DNA from: Botryllus schlosseri
Lineage: Eukaryota
Direction of reading: 5' to 3'
NCBI GenBank assembly: GCA_051294905.1
Contig: CM119384.1
Span: 19,344,001-19,408,000 of the forward strand
Length of the DNA: 64,000 bases
A model generated the notes under the pieces. The model had not been told where the DNA came from. It was given only the letters and a program-made list of their open reading frames with translations, and ran no database searches. This document shows positions 10,603-23,704 of the stretch, piece by piece. Every line of letters starts with the position of its first letter. Positions within the stretch are counted from its first letter, which is position 1. Made by a program: the position numbers and the translations under genes.

Positions 10603-11767
10603 CTGCTTCCAAGACAATTTGGAATCAATGGTGACGCCGAGATATTTTGCTGAGTCACATATTGAGATTTGTTTATGATTGATGTTCACAGTGAAATTAT
10701 GACTGGCATTATTTAAAACGAGCATCTCGGTCTTATCTGCATTCAAACTTAGTTTGTTTGCTTGGAGCCATCTCGACACTTTTGGGAGTTCCATATTCAC
10801 AGATGCATGCAAACCATCGACAGTGTTGGAGGTTATGAAGAGGTGAGTATAATCAGCGAATAGCGTTGTGCGGAATAAAGATGCATTAACAATGTCGTTA
10901 ATATAAATGAGGAAAAAAGTCGGTCCAAGGACTGAGCCTTGTGGCACTCCACAAGTTATATCTCTGGTAGTCGTTCTTAATGACCCCAGTTTAACAAATT
11001 GTTTGCGGTTTGCCAGGTAGCTTTCAAGTAGAGTTGCTGCAATACCCCTGATTCCATAGTGTTCTAGCTTGTATCTTAAGATTCTGTGGTTAACTGTGTC
11101 GAAAGCTTTCCGGAGATCGATAAAAATGCTGCAGCCACTTTCTTTTTGCTTGATGGTTTTGTAAAAGTCCGTTACAATTGATAGTATTGCATGGTTGGTG
11201 TTGTGGTTGGATCTGAATCCATGCTGAGTCGGAGACAGTACTGCATTCAATTCAAAAAAGTTCTTTAGTCGGCAGTCAATCAGTTTCTCAAAAACCGTGG
11301 CAAGATTTGGCAAAACAGATATTGGTCGGTAGTTAGAAATTAGCTTTTTACAGCCTTTCTTAAACACTGGCATTACTCTGGCAGTTTTCAGTGCATCTGG
11401 GAAAATGCCTAGACGTATCGACTCATTAAAGAAAATGCATATAACATCACCAATAATATTAAAGACTAGCTTCAGAAAGTGAGTTGGGATGAGATCGGGT
11501 CCTACTGCTTTGTTACTTTTCATTTCAGATAATACGATCGCAACTTCTCCTTTACTTGTCGGCTCAAGAAAAATGGATTTCTGAGGGCCAGGACTCAAGT
11601 ACGAGAGAAAGTCATCGGAGGAGTCTGGTATTGAAGCTGCAAGATCCGGACCAATGTTGCAAAAATACTGATTGAACTTTTCTGCTACTGCAAGCTGGTC
11701 TTTGATGATGCTGCCATTCTCGAGTAGCTCGATGTCATCAGCACTCTTGGGAGCATTACCTTTTATG

Positions 11768-11848
11768 TACAGCGCCCTAGTGTCGTAATGATATATTGTT
11801 ATATTCGGCGCTCTATAAATTATTATATTATTATTATTATTATTATTA
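11768..11848 (+). mobile_element. Short retroelement 3'-end fragment inside LINE-A
   Basis: agcgcc...ggcgct stem followed by ctataaat and a (TAT)n tail. It produces the anomalous NNNNNNNIIIYRAP stretch in the RT ORF. Confidence 0.6.
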
Positions 11849-12421
11849 ATTTCTCCAATGGATTTCCATGTGTTCTTGGGATCTTTGGAGCACTCTTCAA
11901 ATCTTTTTTGGAAGTATGCTTTTTTAGCATTTTCTTTCATATGCGTTACTTGGTTTGCATATTTTTTGTACACTTTTTTGCCTTCGATGGTGCCTTGCAG
12001 ATAGTAGTGCTTATGCATCCAATCCCTTGTTTTGATCGCAACTAGTATGTCATGACCAATCCAGGGTTTCGATTTCAAGCGCCTTGCATTGCGGTTGACT
12101 TTCCTAATTGGGAAAGATGTGTCGAGGGCTGCCCGCAGTTCCTCAATAAATTTTTCAAAATGGCGGTTGTAGTTGTCAATTGAGAGTGGAGGAATTTTGT
12201 AGTTGTTGAAGGTATTGCTGACAATTTCAATATACTCCTCAATACCGCGTGGGTTTAAGGGCGTTCGAGATTCAAATTCTTTAGCACGATGTGGCAGGGC
12301 CAATTTCATGTGGCAGATGATGGGATAGTTGTGAAACTGCAAATTGAAGTGATGAGCAAGGGTTTTCATAAACCACAATACATTGGTAGCCAACATAATA
12401 TTATCGCATTATCGCATTTTC

Positions 12422-15400
12422 GCATCATCAAAGACCAGCTTGCAGTAGCAGAAAAGTTCAATCAGTATTTTTGCAACATTGGTCCGGATCTTGCAGCTTC
12501 AATACCAAACTCCTCCGATGACTTTCTCTCGTACTTGAGTCCTGGCCCTCAGAAATCCATTTTTCTTGAGCCGACGAGCGAAGGAGAAGTTGCGATCGTA
12601 TTATCTGAAATGAAAAGTAACAAAGCAGTAGGACCCGATCTCATCCCAACTCACTTTCTGAAGCTAGTCTTTAATATTATTGGTGACAGACATGGGGTAA
12701 TCGCGATTAGTAATCGTAATCGATTACGACGATTACAGCATTTTCAAGTAATCGTAATCGCAATCGATTACATTCGAAAATATTCCTAAGTAATCGTAAT
12801 CGTAATCGACTACTTCCCATATTTAATCGATTTATTTATGAAAGAACGATTACTTTTTATTTGTACAGGACTATGACATAAACTGAATATTCGCGAACAT
12901 GATCAAGGATTATACCAGTTAGTGATAGCACAAACGTCAGATTTCCAAATGACACTGCTCATTATTACGTCAGAAGTGGCCTATTAGATTTGCTCGTCTT
13001 GCGTAAGTATGAAGTATCCAGCAATCCACACATAGTGAATAGATATTCGATGTACATTGGTGTGATTGTAAGAACACTCACCCTGCTGTATATCAGGTTA
13101 TCAGGATAGTTAATCACCTCTCTTCCTAGTTTAAAATAGTAACTTTTGTATTGCTGTTTGGTTATGCTTAGTTAAACGCAGTTTGACCGTTGCTGCTTGG
13201 CGAGCAGTAGGCTTCTGTAGCACGAACGTACAGTAGTACACCGGACAAAGGTTTGAAATATTGTAGGCCTACTCGTCAAATAAAACATTACGGTTTCCAC
13301 GACGAAGCATTAAAAATCAACAGCTGCTGAGATATATCACAACCGAGCCGTTTCTCGTATTGGCCGCTTGTATTACATTATCTGTATTAAATTGAAGGCA
13401 GAATTTTATGTTCACTTTCTCTTATTCTCATACGATTCTACTTGAAACGGGCGCGTTATTTCACAATGCTTCACTCAACATTTGGACCTGCCGCCATAGC
13501 CATTGGCTTATATACAATGTTAGCGTGGCTTGTAGCTAGAATCAGGACCTAAACAGCAAATCGTCCCCCACTCGAAACGTTGATCTTGGGGCCTCATACC
13601 TGATGACCTGGGGGCACGTAATTCATAATTATAACATCTGGTATCTTGTAATAATTACTTTAGGGGGTGTTGTTAATTCGTGACCTCCGGTCTGTTATAT
13701 AATCAAAGAGACATTGTAGTGGCCCAGACGTAGCAGACTAAAAGAAATACTTGCGTGAGACGCACACACAAATTGCCATGTCTTTAATGCTCTGTGGGTG
13801 CCCGGGCGGCATTTGCATTGTGGGCTCAAATTGGACGGACCGGACTATACTATTAGTCACGCCCACCCAGCGCGGCTATTGACAATAGACAGCGGACACA
13901 TACCCCAAGTTTCGGCCAATGTCTTTCATTAGTAGCACACTTCGTGGATTCGTATGTTGGCCGAAACTGCATGTCTTTTGGTGTGTCGTGGCGCGGTATT
14001 GACTGGCATCTAAATGCCTGTTACTATAAATTATGCATGCTTTTTTTCTTGAGGAGGAGACGTAAGTATTTTAAAATCAAGCTATGTAGAGACATTTAAA
14101 TCGCGATGCTCGTAGACAATTTTCAAGTTCACGAAATCTCTCAAAAATAGTCTATAATTTGTGTTGGTTTACGAATTAGGCCTACTTTTGATTTCCTTTC
14201 GAGCTCGCTCTCCACCCCATTAGGAAATTTAGGGTGCGGCAGTTGTTGACGTAGCAAGAATGCAAATCGTTGGGTGCGATAAATCGTCTTCTATAAAATG
14301 GGCAATGGTTACTTTATGACGTTACAAACAAATGTCGCATCTTTTTTAAAGAAAGTTGTTATCTCATTAGGCCTTACAGCGCAATCCATATATTGTATTC
14401 CAATATAATTTCTAAGATGCAAAATAAATGTAATCGTGAGTAATCGTGATTACTTTTCCAATGTAATCGTAATCGTAATCGACTACTTCCTGATTTTGCT
14501 GTAATCGTAATCGTAATCGTAATCGCGTCATTCAGAAGTAATCGTAATCGCAATCGATTACATTCACGAAGTAATCACCCCATGTCTGATTGGTGATGTT
14601 ATATGCATTTTCTTTAATGAGTCGCTACGTCTAGGCATTTTCCCAGATGCACTGAAAACTGCCAGAGTAATGCCAGTGTTTAAGAAAGGCTGTAAAAAGC
14701 TAATTTCTAACTACCGACCAATATCTGTTTTGCCAAATCTTACCACGGTTTTTGAGAAACTGATTGACTGCCGACTTAAGAACTTTTTGAATTGAATGCA
14801 GTACTGTCTCCGACCCAGCATGGATTCAGATCCAACCACAATACCAACCATGCAATACTATCAATTGTAACGGACTATTACAAAACCATCAAGCAAAAAG
14901 AAAGTGGCTGCAGCATTTTTATCGATCTCCGCAAAGCTTTCGACACAGTTAACCACAGAATCTTAAGATACAAGCTAGAACACTATGGAATCAGGGGTAT
15001 TGCAGCAACTCTACTTGAAAGCTACATGTCAAACCGCAAACAATTTGTTAAACTGGGGACATTAAGAACGACTACCAGAGATATAACTTGTGGAGTGCCA
15101 CAAGGCTCAGTCCTTGGACCGACTTTTTTCCTCATTTATATTAACGACATTGTTAATGCATCTTTATTCCGCACAACGCTATTTCCTGATGATACTCACC
15201 TCTTCATAACCTCCAACACTGTCGATGATTTGCATGCATCTGTGAATAGGGAACTCCCAAAAGTGTCGAGATGGCTGCAAGCAAACAAACTAAGTTTGAA
15301 TGCAGATAAGACCGAGATGCTCGTTTTAAATAATGCCAGTCATAATTTCACTGTGAACATCAATCATAAACAAATCTCAATATGTGACTCAGCAAAATAT

Positions 15401-15524
15401 CTCGGCGTCACCATTGATTTCAAATTGTCTTGAAAGCAGCATATTGAATGCACAATATCAAAACTAGCTCGGTGTGTGGGAATAATGACCCGTCTCCAAT
15501 CTTTGGTTTCCAGATCAGTACTAC
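12422..15524 (+). pseudogene. Second LINE-A RT fragment, inverted, truncated at both ends, split by a hAT insertion
   Basis: 12422-12686 plus 14589-15524 is the reverse complement of 11711-10262 without the SINE. I counted 4 differences in ~230 nt. Catalytic motif is FPDD, with TGG-to-TGA at 15431-15433. Confidence 0.92.
12687..14588. mobile_element. Non-autonomous hAT element, 1902 bp, with GTAATC subterminal arrays
   Basis: TIR CAGACATGGGGT / ACCCCATGTCTG, perfect TSD attggtga, empty site present in the other LINE copy. Confidence 0.93.
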
Positions 15525-15614
15525 GTACTATGAATGTATTGGGGTTCTCGGTCAATGTGTGAGATATCGGTTTTATCGGTATCGACCCAAAAATCCAATA
15601 TCGATCGGGCTCTA
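15525..15614. mobile_element. Orphan right end of a hAT-like MITE
   Basis: ATCGG/ATCGA repeats ending in ATCGATCGGGCTCTA. No left end found. Confidence 0.5.
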
Positions 15615-17627
15615 GAGTATACCAAAGATTATTTGCTGCTATCTTTGCGGTAGAATGTCCTGCAGCGATAAAGTGCCCCAAAACCCCATTGGAAATCGGA
15701 TATGTCCGTCGTAGATGTCCCTGGCACTAACATAATAACAGAAAGGGAATTCAAATTGATGAATGAACTTTACCAGAAGTACAAAAGGACACATATATGA
15801 AGATTAAATTTGTAGCAAAGAATACCTTTGAATTGTAAATTTTTTCTATATTTGGACCAGTGTCGAAAATTGAAGTTGGTTTGTGCGGGACATTTTTTTT
15901 CGGATTTGAACAAAATGATAATAATTGTTTTAAATTTATATCAAAATTCTCATCAATTCCTGCTACAGGCGATTTTTTTCCTAGTCACAACCCTAGTATG
16001 CAGTCATTTGAAGCTTGTCCGCTTGTCATATCACAACTAACTTCATATAGGACTACCAGATAAGGTCATACCTTACCTAATGACCGTATATCTGCTCTCT
16101 CGCCTATAGTTTGCTTTGATTACTGATGCAATATGTGATTTGGAACCCTACCGTAATATATGCCAATTTAATATACATTCTAACTACACAGACTGTAAAC
16201 ACGTCGGTGAAAAATAAGTGTATTTGCTGAATTTTCACTGCAATGTAGGGCGCAAATCAAGCCGTATCGGTACTTTCTGGTACCAAATTTTGCTTTCACA
16301 CAGATTCCAATGAGAGTAAACTATGAGCAAATACACTAATCGTTATAGATATTTATCCCATGTGTGCAATGAGTACTATTCTAGTAGTTTATACACACCA
16401 AAGACGTATAGCCTTGTAGAATTATGCTCATGTACAAATAGAGAAATTTATTCACTGTTCTTTAACTTGTGACAAATCCTTTCACATATTTCTTTCTGTA
16501 TACTTGAGAGTAAAATGAGAATTATTTGGCTTCGAAACGGCTAAACCAAGAGCAGCAATACCAAGAGAACTTAGTGCAGCAAATGAGAGGCATCCCACTC
16601 TTGTCCAGATCAAACGTACAGACAGTCTACTCTCGATCATAATTAATTAAAATAATTAAGTCGACGTTAAACTGACGGGATCCACTACTCATACAGTTGC
16701 TACTATTAGCTTAAGAGATGTGGACCATCGGCAATTATAAATAGACATAGACATAGGATTGGGGTGTCCCATGTTAAATTAACTACTTGCAGACTTCACA
16801 TCGCAGACAGCGCTTGCGTTTCGCTGTTGCCTTGTGAGTATACTGCACATGACAGTTTCTAATTGTGGAAACAGTACGCCTCATGTCACAAACAGGGCGG
16901 ACCCCTTTTCGGGACACAAAAACTTCACGCGACCACTTTCGGCGCCCCCATTACAGAGCAATTGAGCATCATTGTCCACTTCCTTTCTAAAAATATTTTT
17001 CGTGGCAGCGTTTCACATATTTCTAATTTCAAACAATTCTATACATTTCCGTCGGCTACTAGGGCTTGCAAATTTGGAATAATTTCAAAATGCAAGGACA
17101 AAACTAAATCACGACAAAACGCGAAAGCAAGTGCACGCCAGCACAATCGGACCACAAACTGTTGGAAAAACACTCTAAGAACCATAACACCAATAAATCT
17201 CAGCATAGCTTTTCGTTCCATTCTGACGGCGAAGGTGGTGACCTTTGAGCAATCACAGTGACAGTTACAGGCTTGAGCTTGATGATAGGTAGAGATTGTG
17301 AAGTTGATACTAAAGTAGTTTCGGACTCTCGCTCCAAACACGGTTAACATTTTCAAAGAATGACGAGCTTCATCTGTGAATATATGCTATTTAATCAGTG
17401 TGTCTACTTGCGGGACAATTCGTAAATCGGAATTGCGCGTACAATTGCACATGTTTTTTAGATTACGCGTTAACGACCGCATAACGATACATCGCAACCA
17501 CAGGTTGGCCACCATTGACGTAGGATAACCGATCGCCGAATTGAAGACCAAAATAACCTTCGTTACCGCTGTGAGGCCGAAGCTATTTTCAATAACGGGG
17601 CTCATACAGTCTGCGTTCGTTTATCTC

Positions 17628-17655
17628 CCGGGATATCTAGAACTAGATATCCCTG
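17628..17655. mobile_element. 28-bp hAT-like hairpin with 8-bp TSD
   Basis: tttatctc-CCGGGATATCTAG-aa-CTAGATATCCCTG-tttatctc. 12 of 13 bp paired, perfect TSD. Confidence 0.85.
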
Positions 17656-18148
17656 TTTATCTCTCGTCCCGAACGGCATGTACAACGAATCAGACAAACC
17701 TTGTATAGGATGATGACTTCATTCCAGTGAAGAAATTCAGGTGAAAAAGCGACGTCAATGGTATCAAATACCAAGCCGACGAGACTGTTAGTTTCGTCCT
17801 GATTTGTTTTTCGGCAGGTTCTGCACTGAATATCGCAAGAATATAGAATCGTGCGCGCGCTCTTCTTCTGTTCCCTTCTTCGTCCTCACTCGGAGGGTTA
17901 TGCCATACCGATATAACTATACTGGTGTCCTTACAATTGCTTTTTCGGCAGAGGTTGCGATTTGAGCGTTGGCTTGGTATGATTGAATGGCGATGTTTAC
18001 CATTGCGGTAATTTGATTGCGATATAATCAGTGCGATGCGTACAAAAATTGCAACAGCTTCGTTAGGCTACTAGCTACTTATTTCAATGGGTGACACTGA
18101 AAACCCAAACTATACAAGAACTACATTTTTGTTGAATGGCGGCTAGAT

Positions 18149-19275
18149 TAGGGTTGCCATACGTCCGGAATTTCCCGGACATGTCCGGAATTTCGCTGAA
18201 AAATCTGCTTCCGGGAGGAATTTCTAAAATATGCCTAAATGTCCGGAATTTTGAAGGGTTGAAGTAGGCTGAAAAGTTTTTCGTAAATCAACATAAACAA
18301 TATTTTTTTCAAGCAGATTTATGATATTCAAAATTCTTCTTCGCGCTGCGCGCGAGGTAATGACACGTATATTTATATTAGTGTGGGCACCAGGCACCAC
18401 TTTCGCCAAAAAATGCAATCAAAATAAATATAAATTACCATCATTTACTGAAATAAGTCCAATGGTAATCGCAATTATAAGCAAACGGTATAGTACTAGA
18501 GTTGGTCAACGCCGATTAGATGCTTTAGTCACAGATAGTGGTTCCAAATCTTGGGGTCGTTTACCTTTATCTGGGGATCGCGATGATGTTGGACGTAATC
18601 ACCGTCCTAGGCCGGGAGTAAGTTTGGGCAAGTTAAATTTTTTTAGCAATCAGCTTATCAAGTTTTTAGCTGGGACACGGAACATTTTAAAGTTTGAAAT
18701 GAGGTCGCGACTATTAAAGGTTGGAAATCACCGGATGTGCAACCTGCTGGTGCATTTTATGGTAGCCTAATGGGAGAATCAATATTATTGAAGAATTCAT
18801 TCATAAAATTTCACAGTCAAATGCATATAGTAATTGTCCAAAAAGTTACATCGATTACCCTATGCTGGGTTAGAGATCAGTGCTCTTTTTTTGGGCGGAA
18901 GGGGGCGGAAAAAATGTTGATTCGGACCTGATTAAAATAAAAACACACAATCAGATAGCCGCACCGACCTAACAGTAGATAGCAGGGCTGTCAAACACAA
19001 TCCAGACGGGCCAAACACGGCCCGCCAGACGATTTCATCCGGCCAGTGGAGAAATCTATTGCACACCATAGCAAGTAGCAATCACCAGAGCTCACATTTC
19101 AGAGGGCCCAATTCATGACCTATGTGTCCCACTCCATTCCTGTATACAGTCGTTTGGCAATGCTTTGCTCGTGTGACGTCATATTGACACTCAATGTGTA
19201 ATACCTCATTTTTAAATCCGCTAGTGAGCGCTAAAGAGTGTCCGGAATTTGCTTCACAAAAATATGGTAACCCTA
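18149..19275. mobile_element. Non-autonomous hAT element
   Basis: TIR TAGGGTTGCCATA / TATGGTAACCCTA, TCCGGA subterminal repeats, perfect TSD ggctagat. Confidence 0.92.
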
Positions 19276-20433
19276 GGCTAGATGAACTACAGTCAACTGT
19301 ACCAGCCACCCAATATTGTTATTAGTATGGTGCAGTGACCGAATCAATTTGACCTGAACCGTCACTGTCAGCAACCGTCTCATAGCTGTCGTGGAACTGC
19401 TGGTTTCATTTATAACTCCAATCATATAGAAGTAATGGATCGAATTGGAAGTAAAAATACATTCAGACACCGACTAAGAGCAGTGCTAATGATGATTTGG
19501 GCACTGTAGCTGTTAGTATTTTTCATTGTGAATTGCTGCATCTGCTGCATTATGGTTGTTGGTGGTGGGTCGTGGTTGGTGGCTTCATTTCCGGCTTGGT
19601 AGCGCGGCATAATGGATCTCTTATGAACGGTAATTCCAGGTCAATTGTCGGGTAAATTTGAGCAACATTGGATGTGTAATATGATTGTATTAGCTTAGAT
19701 ACTATCCACAAAGTATACGACTTGTTACACCCAAATGTGTCGCCAAACTTGTTGAAGTAACACAAACTGTGTTTGCTGCTGTAACAATAACATAAAGACG
19801 ACTTTATTATACGTGATTGTTATATGGTTGTCCATAATGTCCATGCTCCGCTTCCAGAACCCTTTAATGGATTCTTCTCGAGCATATGTATTCTGAAAAT
19901 GATGTTTTGATATGAGCATTTTTTGAAGATTGGTTGCAAGTCCCCATTACTACGGATAATCAAAGTTTTTCGCTTTAAAGAGATGACAGTAAAATGCATA
20001 TACCAAGTATGTCGAGTAGCGTATTCAGTGGAGAAAAGACTATTAGATTGCACCACGAGTTACTAAATGTTGCGTTTTTACATGAGTGTATGCGATTCGA
20101 CCGCACTGGTTTAATCAGTGCTCTAAGTTAGAACCAATGCGTGTAACACACTTTCCCAAACTATCCTGAATATCTAAGCAACGAAGGAAAATCTCAGCAT
20201 GTACCGAGCTAATACACCTCACCAACGTTACGAGTAGATGCTCCGAAACAGCAAACACTGGAAAGTGCACTTGCCTAAGCTTTAGTGGTCTTACTGATCA
20301 ATGGTACAGACAGGTGACATGCGTGCATCCTTGCGACTTAATTTGATTTGTGACAACGCGTTGCCGCGTTGAATCAATACCCAATACACAAACAACAACA
20401 ACAGCCTTTAAGAGAGTTTCGTAAATAGTCGAC

Positions 20434-20812
20434 GCCGACAAGATAGCGTAATGGTGAAGCGTCCGGCTTCTTGATCGGTATAGGCCGTGGGTTCGATTCC
20501 CGGCCGGGTCAGACCAAAAACAGATTAGTAAAACTGGTATCCATGACTTCCCCGCTTGGCGCTCATGCATTAATGAGACAGCATGGAGAGGTGTTGCAAG
20601 ACTTAGAAATTGCGCCTTCCTTGTCCAGCAGCCTATGCACATCATCCACTCATGGTATGCATATGCGCAGATCGTGTGTATGTGTATCATGAATCAGGGT
20701 ATATGCCGCAAAACATCAAAAACATCTTTCAAGAGCATCTTGTGTGTATGTGTATCATGGGTCGATGTATATGCCGCAAAAACATCAAAAACATCTTTCC
20801 TTTCCTTTCCTT
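20434..20812 (+). mobile_element. tRNA-derived SINE, group 2, with a different 3' tail
   Basis: A box TAGCGTAATGG, B box GGTTCGATTCC, the same core as 10352-10602, then a ~70-bp tandem duplication (gtgtgtatgtgtatcatg...aacatctttc x2) and a (TTTCC)n end. Confidence 0.8.
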
Positions 20813-23704
20813 GGCAGACAATAATAGTGACAATGCCCTAACGCTTATGAACAAGAGCATACGTAATATATTTATGATAGGTGAATCCGTTTCATCACCA
20901 TTCGGCGTATTCGGTTGGGCGACAACCAGAATCGATTCTCCTCCAGTCATTTCATACTGATTTAATGGAGCGGAATTAGTTATTAACGGAATTATGGACC
21001 TAGAGATCAACGGTTCTCAAAAAGGTACTCGGAATATTTACGATCAATCGAATATAATTACCTCGACGGCCGTGCTGCGTCGTTGGAATGGCGGTACTGA
21101 TTACGGGTTGTCGCGAACAGACGATAACAGCTAGACGGTTTTCATATCTACCATGTGCGCCTTCAAATAATCCATCAGTCGATCAATCAACATTTCAAGT
21201 GGCGATTTGAGCTGGACAAGTGCACATGCACACCCCTCACACACACGCTTCTAACGACAAAAGTTAGTACGTCGATGAACAGAAGTATAAAGAAGTGCTT
21301 GAACTTTTGATAAGCTTCGAACTTTGTATAAATTTGAAGATGGCGAGATCCAAATAAAGTCGCATTGGAAATATATGTTAAACCTTCGTTTTTACTCGAA
21401 TCGTGGCTCAAAATACGCGTAAATACGCAAATGAAAGCCGAAGTGATGACCTTTTTTAGTCGTTATTCACTGTTGTCCAAGGGACCGCGCAGTGCGCTGG
21501 TGAGTGCGCGCAGACTCGTGAAAAATTAGAGGGAACATTGCTTATGGGTCAAATGAAAATACAGCATATTGGACTGAAGCGATATAGATATTACGGCACG
21601 GTAGGGATGTATAATCTAATGTAATTTCGTATAGTGTGCAATAATCTATACTTCGCGACCTCCGCCCACAACTTTAAAGTATGTTACACAGAAACAGTTA
21701 AGGTAATTTTACGACACCGACATTCATTCCCCGAGGTGCGAACGCTCGTATCTACCGCGGCTATTATTATCAAAGAGCTTTTCTTAATGATGTCAATTTT
21801 CAATATTACAAAGAAAACACCTCGCGCAATCCACTATAGGCGTTTATAACTTACTCAACATCGTGTCTGGGTTAGACGGCAGAAAATATAACGTGACTTA
21901 TGATGTCGCTATTTTTGAGACAAACAAGATTCCGGGAGTGACGGAAACGTGCACAATGTGCACAAACAAAGACTCTTCATGCGGACCTGGTATCAGATCA
22001 TGGGTCTTTATAGCGAAATTGTTTTCTCGTGAGTGCTTTTGAGCAATCAACACCATGATTCTTGACATATAAATCCAGAAATGATACACTACGTGTTACT
22101 CAAATTCTCAGCACGAGGGAAGGTGTGAATCCTGTGGCGTTTATTAGAAACAAACCTCAAATTACTCACAGTAGGCTACGCATCACATTCCAGTTCTTTC
22201 GTGGAATGCGCTGTCAATCAGCAAGCCAAGACGATCTGATAGTTCATTGGGAGGGAACCTGACGGCCACATATATACGGTTAAGGGCAATTGTCGACATC
22301 CACTATATAATGGACATCACGATACACGATATCTGGTGCTTGAGATACATTCATTTGTCGATTGGGGTCTGAGAACTATCTCTCTACTTCATATGATACG
22401 GCCGAAATATCATCAAATATATGGTTTAATCAACATGACGCATTTATAATTTAGTGGGTGTAGTCAGGCCAACTACATTTGCGTACGCCGTTTCGCTTTA
22501 TTTACACGTAATTTTGCATGTTTAGGAGCATATTAGGTTAATGTACTTGTACAATGTACATTATTCTTTTAGCACTGAACTTCCGTTGCCAGCACTAAAC
22601 TTCCGCACGTGTTTTAGTCATCTGCCGGATAGGCGTTTGATTAATAGTCTTCTTTGCCGGTGTTAGTAATATTGTTTCGTAATATCCCAAACGTTGTTTC
22701 GAAACGACCAAAATAACTGTAATCCAGCGTTACTTTCGTCGCTTTGCCGCCACTACGTGAACGGCAAAATTTTGCAGGCGAAATCAGCTGTGAATTCGGA
22801 GAGAAAATCCTTTTTTGTTTTGACGAGACATATATGCGAGACAAGCGAAGCGTGAATTCGCCGGCAGAGTCACATTTAGTACTCGGCATGTTTTGAAAAG
22901 GCTCGTTCAGCTGGACAGGCTTGAGAACAAAGAAGTGACCCGAAAAGAAGCAGACAGATATATTAAAGTATATGACTTAATCACGCCGCGCTTGTAAGTG
23001 TACTTAAACACGTTGGGTGCTGGTATTGGCATAGGCTTGAAGAGCGTGGCTCGTAAGGTTACGTGTTCAGTTTTTGCCTTGATATGAAATTAGTAGCCGT
23101 GCCGGTAAGACTTATGACACGGGAATCTGCTTCGGAAGGGTGTCTATTAGTTGGTGCACCTCTGCCGATTATAATTACTTAGAATGAATGGAGAAGTACA
23201 GGCAAACGTTTAAGTAACGAGTAGAACTGAATTTACTGTTGGTGTAGTAAGGTGGCAAACACATTGTCTTAATCTCCAGATATATAAATTAAATTGGGTG
23301 TTCGGTGCTATTGGATTGCACTGGGTCTACAAATTTAAAGACCGGCTTATATGCCGACACGCACAGCTCTGGATATTGTGGTCCTTATTCTGACAGTATA
23401 GCACACGTTTTGTGTGCTCGCGGGTGTCTTATGTGAATAAAACTAATTATGTTCCTTGATTCGGTAGCTCAATAATGCCGCGAAGCGTGCCGTGGCAGAT
23501 TTAACATCTGTGTCCTATATCTGCGTCCCGTATATTTTTATAGTAGATTCGCATTTTGGGCCTGCCATGAGACATGCATTTGTACATTAACAGTGGGAAC
23601 ATATTTTACTTTTATTGCAGGACAGCAATATAGCGCGATAGTTCTTGGCTGCATTAATCAACCAATATTACCATTCAAATAATATTTATCTTCGTGAAAT
23701 AGTA

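Larger units (their letters stand above)
9508..12327 (-). mobile_element. CR1/L2-group LINE (family LINE-A), 5'-truncated, defective ORF2
   Basis: RT motifs YRPISVLP, QHGFR, FIDLRKAFDTVNH, GVPQGSVLGP, YLGVTID and C-terminus SIDYSGPIIWNALP. Catalytic FADD is mutated to FADY, with a frameshift and W-to-stop near 10220-10260. (CT)n tail at 9508-9522. Interrupted by a SINE (10352-10602) and an ~80-bp insert (11768-11848). Confidence 0.93.

Noticed and set aside
10471-12396. 641-aa ORF as an active reverse transcriptase or host gene
   Set aside because: It is a 5'-truncated LINE ORF2 with FADY at the catalytic site and a foreign in-frame insert. It reads into an antisense SINE at its C-terminal end, and the true C-terminus is frameshifted.
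12289-12789. 166-aa ORF as a novel fusion protein
   Set aside because: Chance read-through of antisense LINE, spacer, the second LINE fragment and a hAT terminus.
12695-12815. (GTAATC)n arrays as telomeric or CRISPR-like repeats
   Set aside because: They are subterminal repeats of a TSD-bounded hAT element, with no regular repeat-spacer structure.
17039-17356. Minus ORF ERKAMLRFIGVMVL as a GPCR TM6
   Set aside because: No CWxP spacing, no adjacent TM exons and no convincing splice sites.
19420-20060. Overlapping minus-strand ORFs with GFW and WIVSK as a second lipocalin
   Set aside because: The motif spacing is far too short, it needs a 34-nt intron, and there is no signal peptide or TDY.
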